The notes under the pieces were generated by a model. That model did no database searches, was not told the DNA's origin, and saw nothing but the letters and a program-made list of their open reading frames with translations. A stretch of 64,000 bases of DNA. It comes from Octopus vulgaris. Taxonomy: Eukaryota. The position numbers were made by a program, and so were the translations under genes. The stretch spans positions 55,366,001 to 55,430,000 of the forward strand of contig OX597825.1 in NCBI GenBank assembly GCA_951406725.2. Reading direction: 5' to 3'. The stretch's first letter is position 1; every line of letters starts with the position of its first letter. Below are positions 42,211 through 54,992 of the stretch, piece by piece.

Positions 42211-43375
42211 GTGCGTGTGTGTGTGTGTGTGTATATACACACATGTACAATTAGATTCTAGATATAAAAAGAAAACATACTTAAATATCTGTGAAAATGG
42301 TTTGAAGCAACAGAACTACAGTGTAAATACATTAAAGTATTTAGTTTCATACCTTTAGGTTGTAAGTTCAAATCCTGTTAAATTTCACTACAGTTTTTTT
42401 TACCTTCCCTCCAGAGTTGATGAATTAAGTACTTTTGTAGCCGATTATGCGATTCAATTCACTACTTAAATAGGAATTGTATATATGTATGTATGTGTGT
42501 GTTTGTGCATATTCATTTATGTGTTTGAGCATAAACTTATATGTTTGGATGCATATGTGTGTTTGTGTTTGAATGTGCATATATATATATATATTTGAAA
42601 ATATGTGTGCGTGTGTGTATCAAAATGTGTATTTCTTATGAAGATGCATATAAATGAATGTGTATGAGAGTATGTAAGCTTGTGAATGTATAGATGTGTA
42701 TGTGCATATGTTTATGAACATATAGATACGTGTGTATATATGTTTGTGAATGTGATTTTGAGTACCTATGTATGTTTATGAATGTAGTATGTGAACACAT
42801 ATGTGCATGTATGTGTTCAGATTGTATGTTAGTATGCGTATGTATTTATGAATGCATAAATGCTTATGTATGTTTGTGAGTATGTGTGTTTTTGTATCTA
42901 TTTTCAAATGTTTATGTTTGTGAAAATGTTATATATGTCATCATTATCATCATTATTTAACATCCATGGGTGATGTTACTGTGTATATAAATATGTCTAT
43001 GTGCGAGTATGTGTGTGAGAGTGCGTGTGTATGTGTGTGAGAGTGCGTGTGTTTCTCTACAAGAACACAACAGTAAGATTCAATAGAGAAGCAGACAACT
43101 AACTTAGAATCCACGGATTCAAACTGGTACTACTCATGTACCATGTCCATTGAGAAGACTCGTTGCACAGTCCAGTTAGCTGTATGTAGGTGACATCTAT
43201 ATACAGCTGAGAATTCCCTTTTGGAAAGAAGGGAAATTGTAGCTCATTAAACAGTAAAGTGTATTTTCTTAGTTCAACAGTGTTGTACTAAACATGTACT
43301 GATTGGTAGTGGTGGGAGATTTAAACATCTTTCTACTTATAATTCCAGTTACCAATAGAACATATAATAAAACTG

Positions 43376-43416
<41 letters not shown>

Positions 43417-43938
43417 ATGAAGGGCTGAAAGAAAGCAAGAAAGCGAATATATTTGGTGATAGAATGCCAAAACAAGGAAATTGCTAAATGGTTTTGGAAG
43501 CTCTATAGTGCCAAAGTTACATCCTCTTTCCTTTCCTACAAAAATTGATATTGTATTTTTGCCATATATAACAGCATCATTATCACCACTATCATCATCG
43601 CTTTAACATCCATTTTCCCACGCTTGGAATGGTCAGATGGAATTCTTTGATGCAGATTTTTGTGTGGCTGCATGCCCTTCCTGTCATTCCCACCTGTCTC
43701 CAAACATGGCAATATTTCCTCATCTTTTGACATGTTTTCATGGAAGATTGACAATGAAAGACACTGTTTGTATGATCGGGATGCTTATCTACAACCATCA
43801 GGTGATGCCAAGACAAGAAGACACAAATACATGAATACTCATCACTCAACATTATATATATATATAGTGTGTGTGTGTGTGTGGTAAGGTTTCAACTAGA
43901 CTAGCTCTCAATCAGCTAAGAGAGTGAAGATAATAATC

Positions 43939-43997
<59 letters not shown>

Positions 43998-44384
43998 CAT
44001 TCAAAACTTTTTATTCTTTACAAACAATACACAATGCTTCAAGCAAACTACAATACTCTCCTATATGTATGTATGTATTTTATATATGACAAGGAAGAGG
44101 ATGAAGATAACAATATAGAATAAAGTTTAATAGTGGTTACAATTGTTTTGGTACCATTGTTCTTTAAACAACATTACATATAGGTGATTTTTGTGTGATA
44201 AATTATGCAAGACTTGTATGAACTTATGCATGGTTGAATGATGAGGTGTCATTCTTTGCTATAGAAGGAAACACTAGACCAAAGTGTGATGCAATGTAAC
44301 TGAAACCATATATGGCTACAAAGCCAACATCACTTTCATACATACATATAACACACACTTGTGTTTGTTTTTATAAGTATATAT

Positions 44385-44830
44385 AGGTGCAGGAGTGGCT
44401 GTGTGGTAAGTAGCTTGCTTACAAACCACATGGTTCTGGGTTTAGTCTCACTGTTTGACACCTTGGGTAAGTGTCTTCTACTATAGCCTCAGGCCGACCA
44501 AAGCCTTGTGAGTGGATTTGGTAGACTGAAACTGAAAGAAGCTCGTTGTATATATATATGTTTGTGTTTGTCCTTCCACCATTGCTTGACAACTGATGTT
44601 GGTGTGTCTACGTCCCTATAACTTAGTGGTTCAGCAAAAGAGACTGATAGAATAAGTACTAGGCTTACAAAGAATAAGTTCTGAGGGTACTCCAGCATGG
44701 CCACAGTCAAATGAATGAAACAAATAAAATAATAGGCACAGGTGTAGCTGTGTGATAATAAGTTTGCTTCCCAACCATAGTGTTCTTGGTTCTATCCTAC
44801 TGCATGGCACCTTGGGTATGTGTCACCTGG
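44385..44830 (+). mobile_element. SINE family A plus adjacent head fragment
   Basis: GGTGCAGGAGTGGCTGTGTGGTAAGTAGC head; a second head starts near 44735. Confidence 0.82.
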
Positions 44831-44899
44831 GCCCTAAAATCACTTGCTACTAATCTGTCAAAAGTAAATTTTTTTGATGTTTCCCAAGATCTGAACTCT

Positions 44900-46200
44900 C
44901 ACTCTTACAAACCATACTATATGTCTAATGAGAAAATTTGCTACATACACAAACAGTCCTCTCATGCACCTGTTGTTTAAAAACCTGACAGCTAACATTA
45001 GTAATAGGATATCCAATCTCTCTTCTAAAGAAATTTTTGATAAGGCATACCCCTAATATAATAATATCTAAACTAACAGTGGTTTCAAAGGTAAGACATA
45101 TTACAACCCACCTATGAATCATAAAAACAGACCTAAGAACACGCATAGAAAAATAATTTAGTTGGCCCCCATCTCACCCTTTTCCCTGAATGTTAAACCT
45201 AACATAGGTAAGAGATAAACATTTCCCAGAAAATCACAAATACAGAAAGATCTTCAACAGATGCTCAGTTAAATTTTCATATAGATGCTTCCCCAATTAT
45301 GAAGAGCCAAATTACCCATAAACACCACCAAGAATCCACTCCCAGTTATGACTGTTGAGACCTTGGAGCCTGCTCACATGACCAGGAATGCATGATAAAT
45401 TTCATTGTATACAAAGCAAAAGTCACAGCAATGCTACATGATAACCTAACTGAAAAGAAGAATTATATCTAGTTATGTGAAGGTAACTTCAAAAGGTGCT
45501 GTACTAACCACCTATCTTCTTTCTGGTATGTGGGCCAAAGTAAAGCCACTAAGCTAGCCACATATAAGCTTGAAGACCAAATTCATGCCACATGCAATTA
45601 CGTGGAAAATCATAGAAAATCCATGACATATGTTAATGATTCTGCATAGCTGAAAAATGGCATATCCTTTTTAGGTCCAACCCATGCTAGCATGGAAAAC
45701 GGAGCTAAATGATTCCACCACACTGCTGAATTCCAGATCAGAAATTTTCAGCAAATGCAAACATGTGGACAAACTTCTTTTGGGTGAATTGGAGAACATC
45801 ATCCTCTTTGAATTCAGCAGCTGTATCGCAGACTTTACACCCTTTCTGTTGATTTTACACCAACTAGCTTTATGAATTTATCATCAAAAGGGATATGACA
45901 AATTTTCTTCCTTTTTCCCTTCATTTTCTGAGGGATTTTTTCCCCTCTTCCACTTTTTGCATCCACCTTCCTCTTGTGATTTCTCATGCTTTATTGTGTT
46001 GTTATGTAACTTGTATAATCTATGTTTTCAGAGCCCGAAGTTTGCTTAGAGTCACTAGGTATATCATCAAAACGTGTTTAGACAATATGTCCAATGTATG
46101 AAACTATTAGTTGCTCATAACTTTATACTGCGTACATTAAACAATATTTAACTCCCACTGGATGGAGTACTTTTTTTGTTGATCTTAACAGAAAAGTGAA
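44900..46200 (+). mobile_element. Decayed Penelope-like element (linker, GIY-YIG endonuclease, pLTR)
   Basis: Remnant frames KHFPENHKYRKIFNRCSVKFSY, VYKAKVT, LCEGNFKR and LLNSRSEIFSKCKHVDK. Degenerate hammerhead GAGC-CCGAAGT...GAAACTATTAGTT-GCTC at ~46030-46118. Confidence 0.8.
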
Positions 46201-47996
46201 CTCTCTCTCTCTCTTCTTTTCTCTAAATGCTGTAGAAATGCTGTTATTTAAAGCCACAGGCAAGTCATATCCATGAAACAGGTTCAATTCAAATGAGTTT
46301 TTGAACATCAAAATTATTGCCTGTGTCTATTTTTTTCTTCTAAAGCAAATGTGTTTTTTTTTCTTTATACCCATTGTATCTCTCTCCTTAAAATCTAACC
46401 ATTCTTATATCTATCTTTGACTGTTAATTCAAAGAAATATCATCCGTTTCATATTTATCATAAAGTTTTGGAATCTTTTTATTGAATTATGATTTCTACC
46501 ATAAAGTCTTTTTTGGGATAATTCAGTTGTTCAAAGAAATATTTAGTTCTAAGCTCTTCCCAACCATTTTCTTCTCAGTCTAACTGCTTGTTACATTGTT
46601 TGAGAATATATTGGTAATATGTCATGGTACTACCTCAACATAGTCATGGCCCATTGGCTGCATACAGTAAAAGATTCATTCTCTAAAATCATATTTACAA
46701 TATTCCTACAAGAATAGTGAAGATGTAGAATGCTGGTAAATTTTTAGATACAAGAATAAGTGAGGCAATTTCAATCCCTTGTTGAAGCATTTATTTCATT
46801 TATTCCTTGTACCTGTAATTATTAATCATAGACAACATACTAGAAACGAATGACACAGTAGCTGGCAGGAGTTCTGTTGAACTGAAAACCCCTCGACAAA
46901 CCCCATGAAATGACTGAACCAATAGGAGATCTGCTATATGGTCATATAATTTGCTAGAAATTGCTACTAAATCTCCTTCATATCACACCATATTTTAAAC
47001 AACAAAGTTATAATAACATGTAAACAGATCTATCACAAGTCACAGGCTACTCAGGCCAGAGTTTATCTTGGTTTCCACAGTGTGTAAGCAAACCAAGATT
47101 ACAATACTTGTCTCATGAACAAAACATTAGACAGTTGCATGGTTAACTCTCAGCTGTAGCTGGTACTCATTTTCAGTTAGATAGATTGACTGGAGCAATG
47201 AGAAATGAAGTGTTTTGTTCAAGAACATAATGCTTCACCACCTCGTCTAGGAAATGAAACCATGGCTTAAATTCAGGAGTCCAACACTTTAACCATCAAA
47301 CCAAGTGCCTTCACAAACAAAAGAGGAACCACTGGGTGCTGTCCCTTGGAAAGGACAAATAGACATGGCAGAAAAAGTCTAGATCAAAAATTTTGTTCAA
47401 TCAAGATTAATCAAAAGCTAAACAACAACAATAACATGAACAGAATGTTTCATGGATGTCTCAGTCGTCAATCATAGGTTCTCTTTGTCATAATTCTGGC
47501 AAGTAGGTTAACTTACTCGAAAACAGGTAAGAGTTGGTGACAGGAAAAGCATCTGGGTATAAAAAAATCTGCGTCAACAAATTTCGTCTGCCTCATGCAA
47601 TCATGGAAAATTGGATGTTAAACTATGCTGCTGCTGCTTATGATGATGATACTAGTTTTGATTTTATGAATCAGCTTTACTTCTTAATTCTTACCATTTC
47701 TCCCATTATCAGATGAAGAAACCAGTTACACTACTGCTTTCTTCATTTGATAATGAGAGAAATTAGCTATACTCTTTTCCTCTGGTAATGAGAGAAATCC
47801 TTCCCATAATACTTTCAGCTATGCACCATTTATGTTGCACCGACAAAGACCATGCATGGGTTTTAACCGGAGACAACAATATCACATGTAGCATACATAA
47901 CTACACAGCAGAAGCTGTCTGTCATAAAATACCAGACTATATGAGAAAGACAATTAGAGATGACCTGTGTTTTAATTAACAATACATATTTGCTAG

Positions 47997-48122
47997 CCTT
48001 CATCTGATAGATTCCACCAACATCAACTAATGACTAACAATCAACTTGACACGAATAACCAGGTTGTGTTCTATTCGGTCTTTAAAGACTTCATCACAGT
48101 TGAACCATTCTATGGATCTTTT
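47997..48122 (+). CDS. Candidate internal coding exon, 126 nt, phase 0/0, unknown gene
   Basis: Acceptor ATATTTGCTAG, donor GTAAGTA. Stop-free PSSDRFHQHQLMTNNQLDTNNQVVFYSVFKDFITVEPFYGSF. Not part of a recognised repeat. Confidence 0.4.
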
Positions 48123-50369
48123 GTAAGTATCATTAAAGATTAATTATTAGTTACACAGTAATTAAGCAATAAATTTTCTTCATTTCTATACAATGCTTTG
48201 CCAGTGAATGCAATTTTCCAGTGGGGTTGTGATGGGATAGAGGTGAATATTTTTCACATGAGGCTTTTCATTTTTCCCCACCCATAAATGTGAACCTTTC
48301 ACCTTTCAATGAAACTATCACAGGTCAAAAAAATCCTGGCAGAAACCCCATATTTTCAGTCAGTTGTTTTCATATCAGAATCATGTTTTCATTACCAAAG
48401 TTCCAATGGTTGTCATATCTTTAACACTGAGGAATTATAAAGAATTTTTGTGGATGCTTGGTGTTATTTTTGCCTGCATCTTCCCATACTTACATTGGAA
48501 CAATTGTTATTGCTTAACACACTGCAGAAAAATTCTATTCTCCGAGAGATTCTAGCAGAGACCAATCTGTTTTCTGACTAAACTTTTAAAGGAATGTAGG
48601 AACTGAGATAAGGATGTGGCTTTAATTTACTGATAAGGTGGGGTTTTGTTTTAATTATGTCACAATATTTTGTAATTAAAAATGGTTATTAAGACACAAT
48701 GGCTGCATGGTTATAGTGTTAGACTACAAACCCTATAGACATGGGTTCATGCCTTATTGCAACAATTGGGCACTGAACTCTTACACCTCCCAACCTAAAG
48801 TATATCATCTAACTCCACATACTGTGGCTGATTCAGCACTTAAGTAGTTAGGAGTAGGAAGTGGTATCCAAGCGTAAAAACAAGCTCTACTCATATTTCT
48901 TAGTTGTGTGGTCAAGAACAAGAAGAAATATCCAGATGTAAAACCACTCATATTTCGCAGTTGAACAATTAATGGTAAAAAATAGTTTTCAGTTGTAAAC
49001 AATTGCTCTAACATGAGCTGATTAAAGAGTCACCTCATAATAGCTTGACTTGCTAGAAACAGCTACCAAATCTCTATTTAAAAAAACAAACAGACATATT
49101 AGCGTCTTTGTTGGAATGCAGTGTCATGTTTATTGTATGACCAACAAGACTCAGGAAGGGAGAGAAAACAGCCATGATTCAGGGGTTACTACAGTAAGAA
49201 ACTATACACCAAATTATTGGGTTAACTATCCTCACACTGGAAACAGACCTGCCTTCCTGCATCAGAGTGGATTCCACTGAAAGTATCCCAAAACCTCGTG
49301 AATATGTTAAATATCATCATACTAGTGTAGTTTCAATCTAAAAGATGTTTCACTACAACAGTTTCCATCACCACTTCTAAAATATATGGGTTGACTCAAG
49401 GCAAAAGCAGAAGAAAGTTGCCAGATATTTCACAATCAACTTGAAACTGGAACTATTTTTACTGTAAAGTAAACTTTTTAATCATAGAGTGATACATCAC
49501 ATTTCCAATGCCAATGAGAAAGACATAAATTTTAAAACTCTGTTACAAACTCTTGAAAAATAAAGAGGACATTTTGTGCTTAGTTGTAATAAATCAATAT
49601 ATTTGCTAATTAGTTTTCAATTGATTAATTAATGTGTATATGGGGGGAGGGGTGATGGTAGTCTATCTTTCGATAAAACCAAAAACTATGAGAGGCAGTG
49701 TTGGCTGTGGTAAGGATGTGTTTGCCAAGAGTGATTTCTTTGTGATAACAAGGTCCACCATTTAGAGTGATTGTGATGGCTCCATTTACTTACTGCTCAG
49801 ACTTTAAAAGGATGAGTGGCAATTATGCTTCACTGATAAGTCAGGTGATTCTCTTTTTGTTTTGTTTTAAATGTATAGAAGGTTGGTGTGTCCCCAGTTT
49901 AAGGCTGTTTTCCAGGTTACTGTTCATAGAGTCAGTGTAGATTTGATGCAAGGTTTAAATTGCACTGTAACCGTATAAAGCCGTTGAAGTTCTGTATTTC
50001 GCAACGTAGACCAATCGTAGCATTTTTTTCTTGCAGGAGTTTTGCTTGTACATAGACTAAGACATAGTCTGGTTGTGCTAAGTGATGATCATCCCCTAAG
50101 CTGCTAAAGCTGTTATATGCTTCTACATTATGTACACAAGTTTAGGGAAGAATGAAGGGTGATAAATATTTGTGAAGGTATTAAAGAACAGGGTACCTTC
50201 CTTGAGGAGTTTTCTAATTAGATGTATCTGTTAATTAATTATCAGTTCAACTAATTTTAGAATTAGTTTAACTAAGTTCACCATGTCATTCTCATGCAAG
50301 GAGTTGAAATGCCCTTTTGACTTTACAATGTTTCTGTTCTGCAGTACAGTAATGAAAAATACAAAGAAA

Positions 50370-50765
50370 CAGTGTGGTAAGAAGCTTGCTTCCCAACAAC
50401 ACAGTTCCAAGTTCAGTCCCACTGCATGGCATCTTGAGCAAGTTTCTCCTACTATAGTCTCAGGTCGAACAAAGCCTTGTGAGTGAATTTGGTAAACGGA
50501 AACTGAAAGAAGCCTGTCATATATATATATATGAATGTATGTATGTGTCTTTGTGTCTGTGTCTCCCCATCAATACTTGACAATGATGTCGGTATGTTTA
50601 CATCCCCGTAACTTAGCAGTTCAGCAAAAGAGATTGGAAGAAAAAGTACTAAGCTTACAACAAATAAGTCCTGGGGTCAATTTCTTTAACTAAAAAACCC
50701 TTAACAGCAGTGCTCCAGCATGGCCACAGTTAACTGACTGAAACATGTAAAAGTGTAAAAGAATA
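50370..50765 (+). mobile_element. SINE family A
   Basis: Family head, core and tail. Confidence 0.82.
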
Positions 50766-52369
50766 AATAAGAAAGAAAAGGAGGTGGGGTAATGCAGCAG
50801 AAGATGTAGGAGGGGAAATGGGCTACATCCACTAGAATAAGTGAGGTGCTCAGCTGGACCCCACTGTAGTGGCGTTGCCATGGAGAACAGGCAGTGGCAC
50901 TCATTGCAGCAGCCATTCCATCCTGTGAGGCTTTCTCCAATAGGCTGCTGTTATTCCAATTTTGCAGACGAAATCGGTAGTATGATGTCCTACATGTCAT
51001 CTGGATAGCAACCAGCACAAACTCATAGTGGCCAGTCAGACTCCAGAATTTATTGATTTTAATCTCCTCCATGTTATGGGCGGTGACACCTGGCTTTGCA
51101 GTCAATGCAATGTGTCTCATCATTGTACCTATTTACAGCTACACAGACAGAGCCTCTCAAAATGGTTCTAATGTCTCTGCTGAATCAACAAATTGTGTTT
51201 CAGACATATTAGCTGTGTGTGTTTCAGTGGAAGTGAATTATGCTGAGTGTTTTGTGATGTTTATGTACTTGATGCTCTTGCGGCAAAATATATAAAAAGA
51301 AAACAAAAAAAACACCACCACCACCACCACCATCACTGATGTTACTGTTTTTGTTATTTTCCATGGTTAATTTTGAAATAGGATTAAATTATCATACAAA
51401 CTCCACTATCACCATCACCAAGAATCACAACAATAACGCAAACAGTTATCACCACAACCAGCAACACCACCACCACCACCAGAGTATCTATCACAAACAT
51501 CTACTTCACCAACACCTCCACCACACAGGCACCACAACCATCACCACTGCCACTACCACCGCCACAAACAGCATCGACAACAACAACTGAAATTTTAATA
51601 TATCTTTCTGTACATAGATAATCCTTTAATGTAAGTAATCCGTCATTGATCTGTCCAAGTATTATTGCTAATCTATTTATCTATCAATCAATCAGAAGAC
51701 TTAGTCCTTTAGAGTACCACCCTATATCAGACAGACCTAATCTATGAGTCTTAACATCCGATCCAATATTCCTCAGACACACCGGATTCCAAGACTTGAT
51801 ATTGAAATTATTTTAAAATCTCCTTATTTATTTCTTTGATTTTCATGTTTTTGCTATTTATTTCTAGTCGTACTTTTTATCTAAGAGTGCAAAGATGTCT
51901 GAATCAATAGTTTATATTCACTTCCCTTCATATTATTAGCACTGCTGCATATATATAATGCCCATGTTCCAAATATGGTATAAATGTGTTTCATATATGT
52001 GATGTGAATGAGCTACATATGTGATGTGTGTGTTCAGTATATGTGTTGTTGTATGCCATACATGGCATGTGTATGTTTCAGATATGTGATGTGTGTGTGT
52101 TTTAAATATGTGATGTGAGTGTGTTTTAAAATGTGGTGTGTTTGATCTATATACATATATATATAGTGAATGTGTTGCAGAAATGTGATATCTATGATCT
52201 ATATGGGATATGGGGCATGTGATATGTATGTTCCAAACTTGTGATCTATACATTCCATACATTGTGATGCGTTTGATGTGTTTTCTATATATGCATGCGT
52301 ATGTGCATTCTATATATACATATGTGTATGTGTTCTATATTTGATGTGTGTGTTCTTATTATGTGATGT

Positions 52370-53400
52370 ATCATCATCATCATCATTTAGCGTCCGTTTT
52401 CCATGCTAGCATGGGTTGGACGGTTCAACTGGGGTCTGGGGAGCCCAAAGGCTGCACCAGGCCAGTCAGATCTGGCAGTGTTTCTACAGCTGGATGCCCT
52501 TCCTAACGCCAACCACTCCGAGAGTGTAGTGGGTGATTTTATGTGCCACCGACACAGGTGCCAGACGAGGCTGGCGAACGGCCACGCTCGGATGGTGTTT
52601 TTATGTGCCACCGACACAGGTGCCAGATGAGGCTGGCAGACGGCCACGCTCGGATGGTGTTTTTATGTGCCACCGACACAGGTGCTAGATGAGGCTGGCG
52701 GACGGCCACGATCGGATGGTGTTTGTTACGTCCCCAAAGCACGGAGGCCAGTCTATGCGGTACTGGCTACGGCCACGTTCGGATGATTTTCTTGTGTGCC
52801 ACCGGCACTGGTACCACAAAGATACAAATTCCATTGATGTTCATCTATTTTGATTTGTTTTGATTTGATTTGATTTTCACTTGCCTCAACAGGTCTTCAC
52901 AAGTGTCACAAGAAGGAAGGTATGCACAGGTGGACTGACTACGTCCCAGGTAGGGGCCACGGGTTATGGCCTGACTAGTCTTGCCGGGTCTTCGGATGGT
53001 GTTTTTATGTGCCACCGACACAGGTGCCAGATGAGGCTGGCGAACGGCCACGATCAGATGGTGTTTGTTGCGTGCCCACAGCACGGAGGCCAGTCGATGC
53101 GGTACTGGCTACGGCCACGTTCGGATGGTTTTCTTGTGTGCCACCGGCACTGGTACCACAAGATACAAATTCCATTGATGTTCATCTATTTTGATTTGAT
53201 TTGATTTGATTTTCACTTGCCTCAACAGGTCTTCACAGGTCTTCACAAGTGTCACAAGAAGGAAGGAAGGTATGCACAGGTGGACTGACTACGTCCCAAG
53301 TAGGGGCCATGGGTTATGGCCTGATTAGTCTTGCCGGGTCTTCGGTTGGTGTTTTTATGTGCCACCGACACAGGTGCCAGATGAGGCACACAGGTGCCAG
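52370..53400 (-). mobile_element. RTE-related 3'-end element with 60-bp tandem units and a ~360-bp duplication
   Basis: Same (GAT)n tail and terminal sequence as the neighbouring RTE. 60-bp unit TTTTATGTGCCACCGACACAGGTGCCAG... three times at ~52537-52720. Block ~52635-52995 recurs at ~52995-53360 with (TTTGA)n. Confidence 0.85.
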
Positions 53401-53464
53401 ATGTATGCTCTTCATATATGTGGAATGTATGTGCTCTATATGTGATATGCATGTTCTACATGTG

Positions 53465-54992
53465 ATCATCATCATCATCGTCGTTTAACGTCCGTTCTCC
53501 ATGCTAGCATGGGTTGGACGGTTCGACCGGGGTTCTGGGAAGCCAGAAGGCTGCACCAGGCTCCAGTCTAATCTGGCAATGTTTCTACAGCTGGATGCCC
53601 TTCCTAACGCCAACCACTCCGTGAGTGTAGTGGGTGCTTTTTACGTGCCACCTGCACAGGTGCCAGGCGGGGCTGGCAACGGCCACGGTCAGATTGGTGT
53701 ATTTTATGTGCCAGTCGAGGCGGTGCTGGCATCGGCCACGAGTCGGATAGTGCTTTTTACGTACCACCAGACCAGGGATCCTGGTTGGTTCAATTCGATT
53801 TCGATTTCGCTTGCCCCAACATGTCTTCACAAGCAAAGGGGGTTGGCATGGGTGCCTGTCGTACGGTCGCATTGGAGTATTTTACGTGCCACGGCCACGA
53901 GTCGGATAGTGCTTTTTACGTACCACCAGACCAGGGATCCTGGCTGGTTCAATTCGATTTCGATTTCGCTTGCCCCAAAATGTCTTCACAAGCAAAGGGG
54001 GTTGGCATGGGTGCCTGTCGTACGGTCGCATTGAGTATTTTACGTGCCACGGCCACGAGTCGGATAGTGCTTTTTACGTACCACCAGGCCAGGGATCCTG
54101 GCTGGTTCAATTCGGTTTCGATTTATGATTTTGCTTGCCCCAACATGTCTTCGCAAGCATGGGGGGTTGGCATGGGTGCCTGTCGTCGGATGAGGTTCTA
54201 TATCGACTTCGCTTGCCTCAACCGGTCTTTGTGTCCAAGGGAGGAAAGGCATTCATAAGTGGGCTGGGCTCACTTGTCCTGCCTGGTCTTCTCACGTACA
54301 GAATATTTCCAAAGGTCTCGGTCTCTGGTCATTTCCTCAGTGAGGCCTAAAGTTCGAAGGTCGTGCTTCACCACCTCGTCCCAGGTTTTCCTGGGTCTAC
54401 CTCTTCCACGGGTTCCCTCAACTGCTAGGGATTGGCACTTTCTCACACACCTATCTTCATCCATTCTCGCCACATGACCATACCAGCGCAATCGTCTCTC
54501 TTGCACACCACAACTGATGCTTCTTAGGTACAACATTTCTCTCAAGGTGCTAACGCTCTGTCGAGTATGTACACTGACATTACACATCCATCGGAGCATA
54601 CTGGCTTCATTCCTCACGAGCTTACGCATGTCCTCAGCAGTCACGGCCCATGTTTCGCTGCCATGTAGCATGGCTGTTCGTACACACGCATCATACAGTC
54701 TGCCTTTTACTCTGAGCGAGAGGCCTTTAGTCACCAGCAGAGGTAAGAGCTCCCTAAACTTTGCCCAGGCTATTCTTATTCTAGCAGTTACACTTTCAGC
54801 GCACCCACCCCCACTACTGACTTGGTCACCTAGATAACGGAAGCTATCAACTACTTCTAGTTTTTCCCCCTGGAAAGTGACGGAAGTTGTTTTCTGCAGA
54901 TTTTCGGAGGTTAATGCTCCCGAGCATCTGCCACATACAAAAACTATCTTCCCAGTTAGCCTACCTTTGACATTGCTGCACCTCTTATGTGT
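53465..54992 (-). mobile_element. Young 5'-truncated RTE-clade LINE with internally repeated 3' UTR and (GAT)n tail
   Basis: CpG-retaining. RT C-terminal frame followed by a 3' UTR that ends CCAACCCATGCTAGCATGGAGAACGGACGTTAAACGACGATGATGAT on the minus strand. Confidence 0.92.
54270..54989 (-). pseudogene. RTE reverse transcriptase C-terminal fragment (uninterrupted frame, no start)
   Basis: HKRCSNVKGRLTGKIVFVCGRC...LEVVDSFRYLGD...ARIRIAWAKFRELLPLL...GRLYDACVRTAMLHGSETW...RRLRWYGHVARM...GRGRPRKTW: standard RTE thumb and C-terminal motifs. Confidence 0.9.

Noticed and set aside
50701-51123. 140-aa minus-strand ORF
   Set aside because: It runs into a SINE. The GC-richer part looks at best like a decayed Gypsy gag remnant and is too weak to call.
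51339-51640. His/Thr-rich ORF after an acceptor, and a 13-nt segment before GTAAGTA
   Set aside because: Low-complexity (CAC/CAA)n sequence; the 13-nt segment is not frame-preserving.
52537-52720. CRISPR-like regular repeats
   Set aside because: Contiguous 60-bp tandem units with no unique spacers, inside a retroelement tail in eukaryotic DNA with no cas genes.
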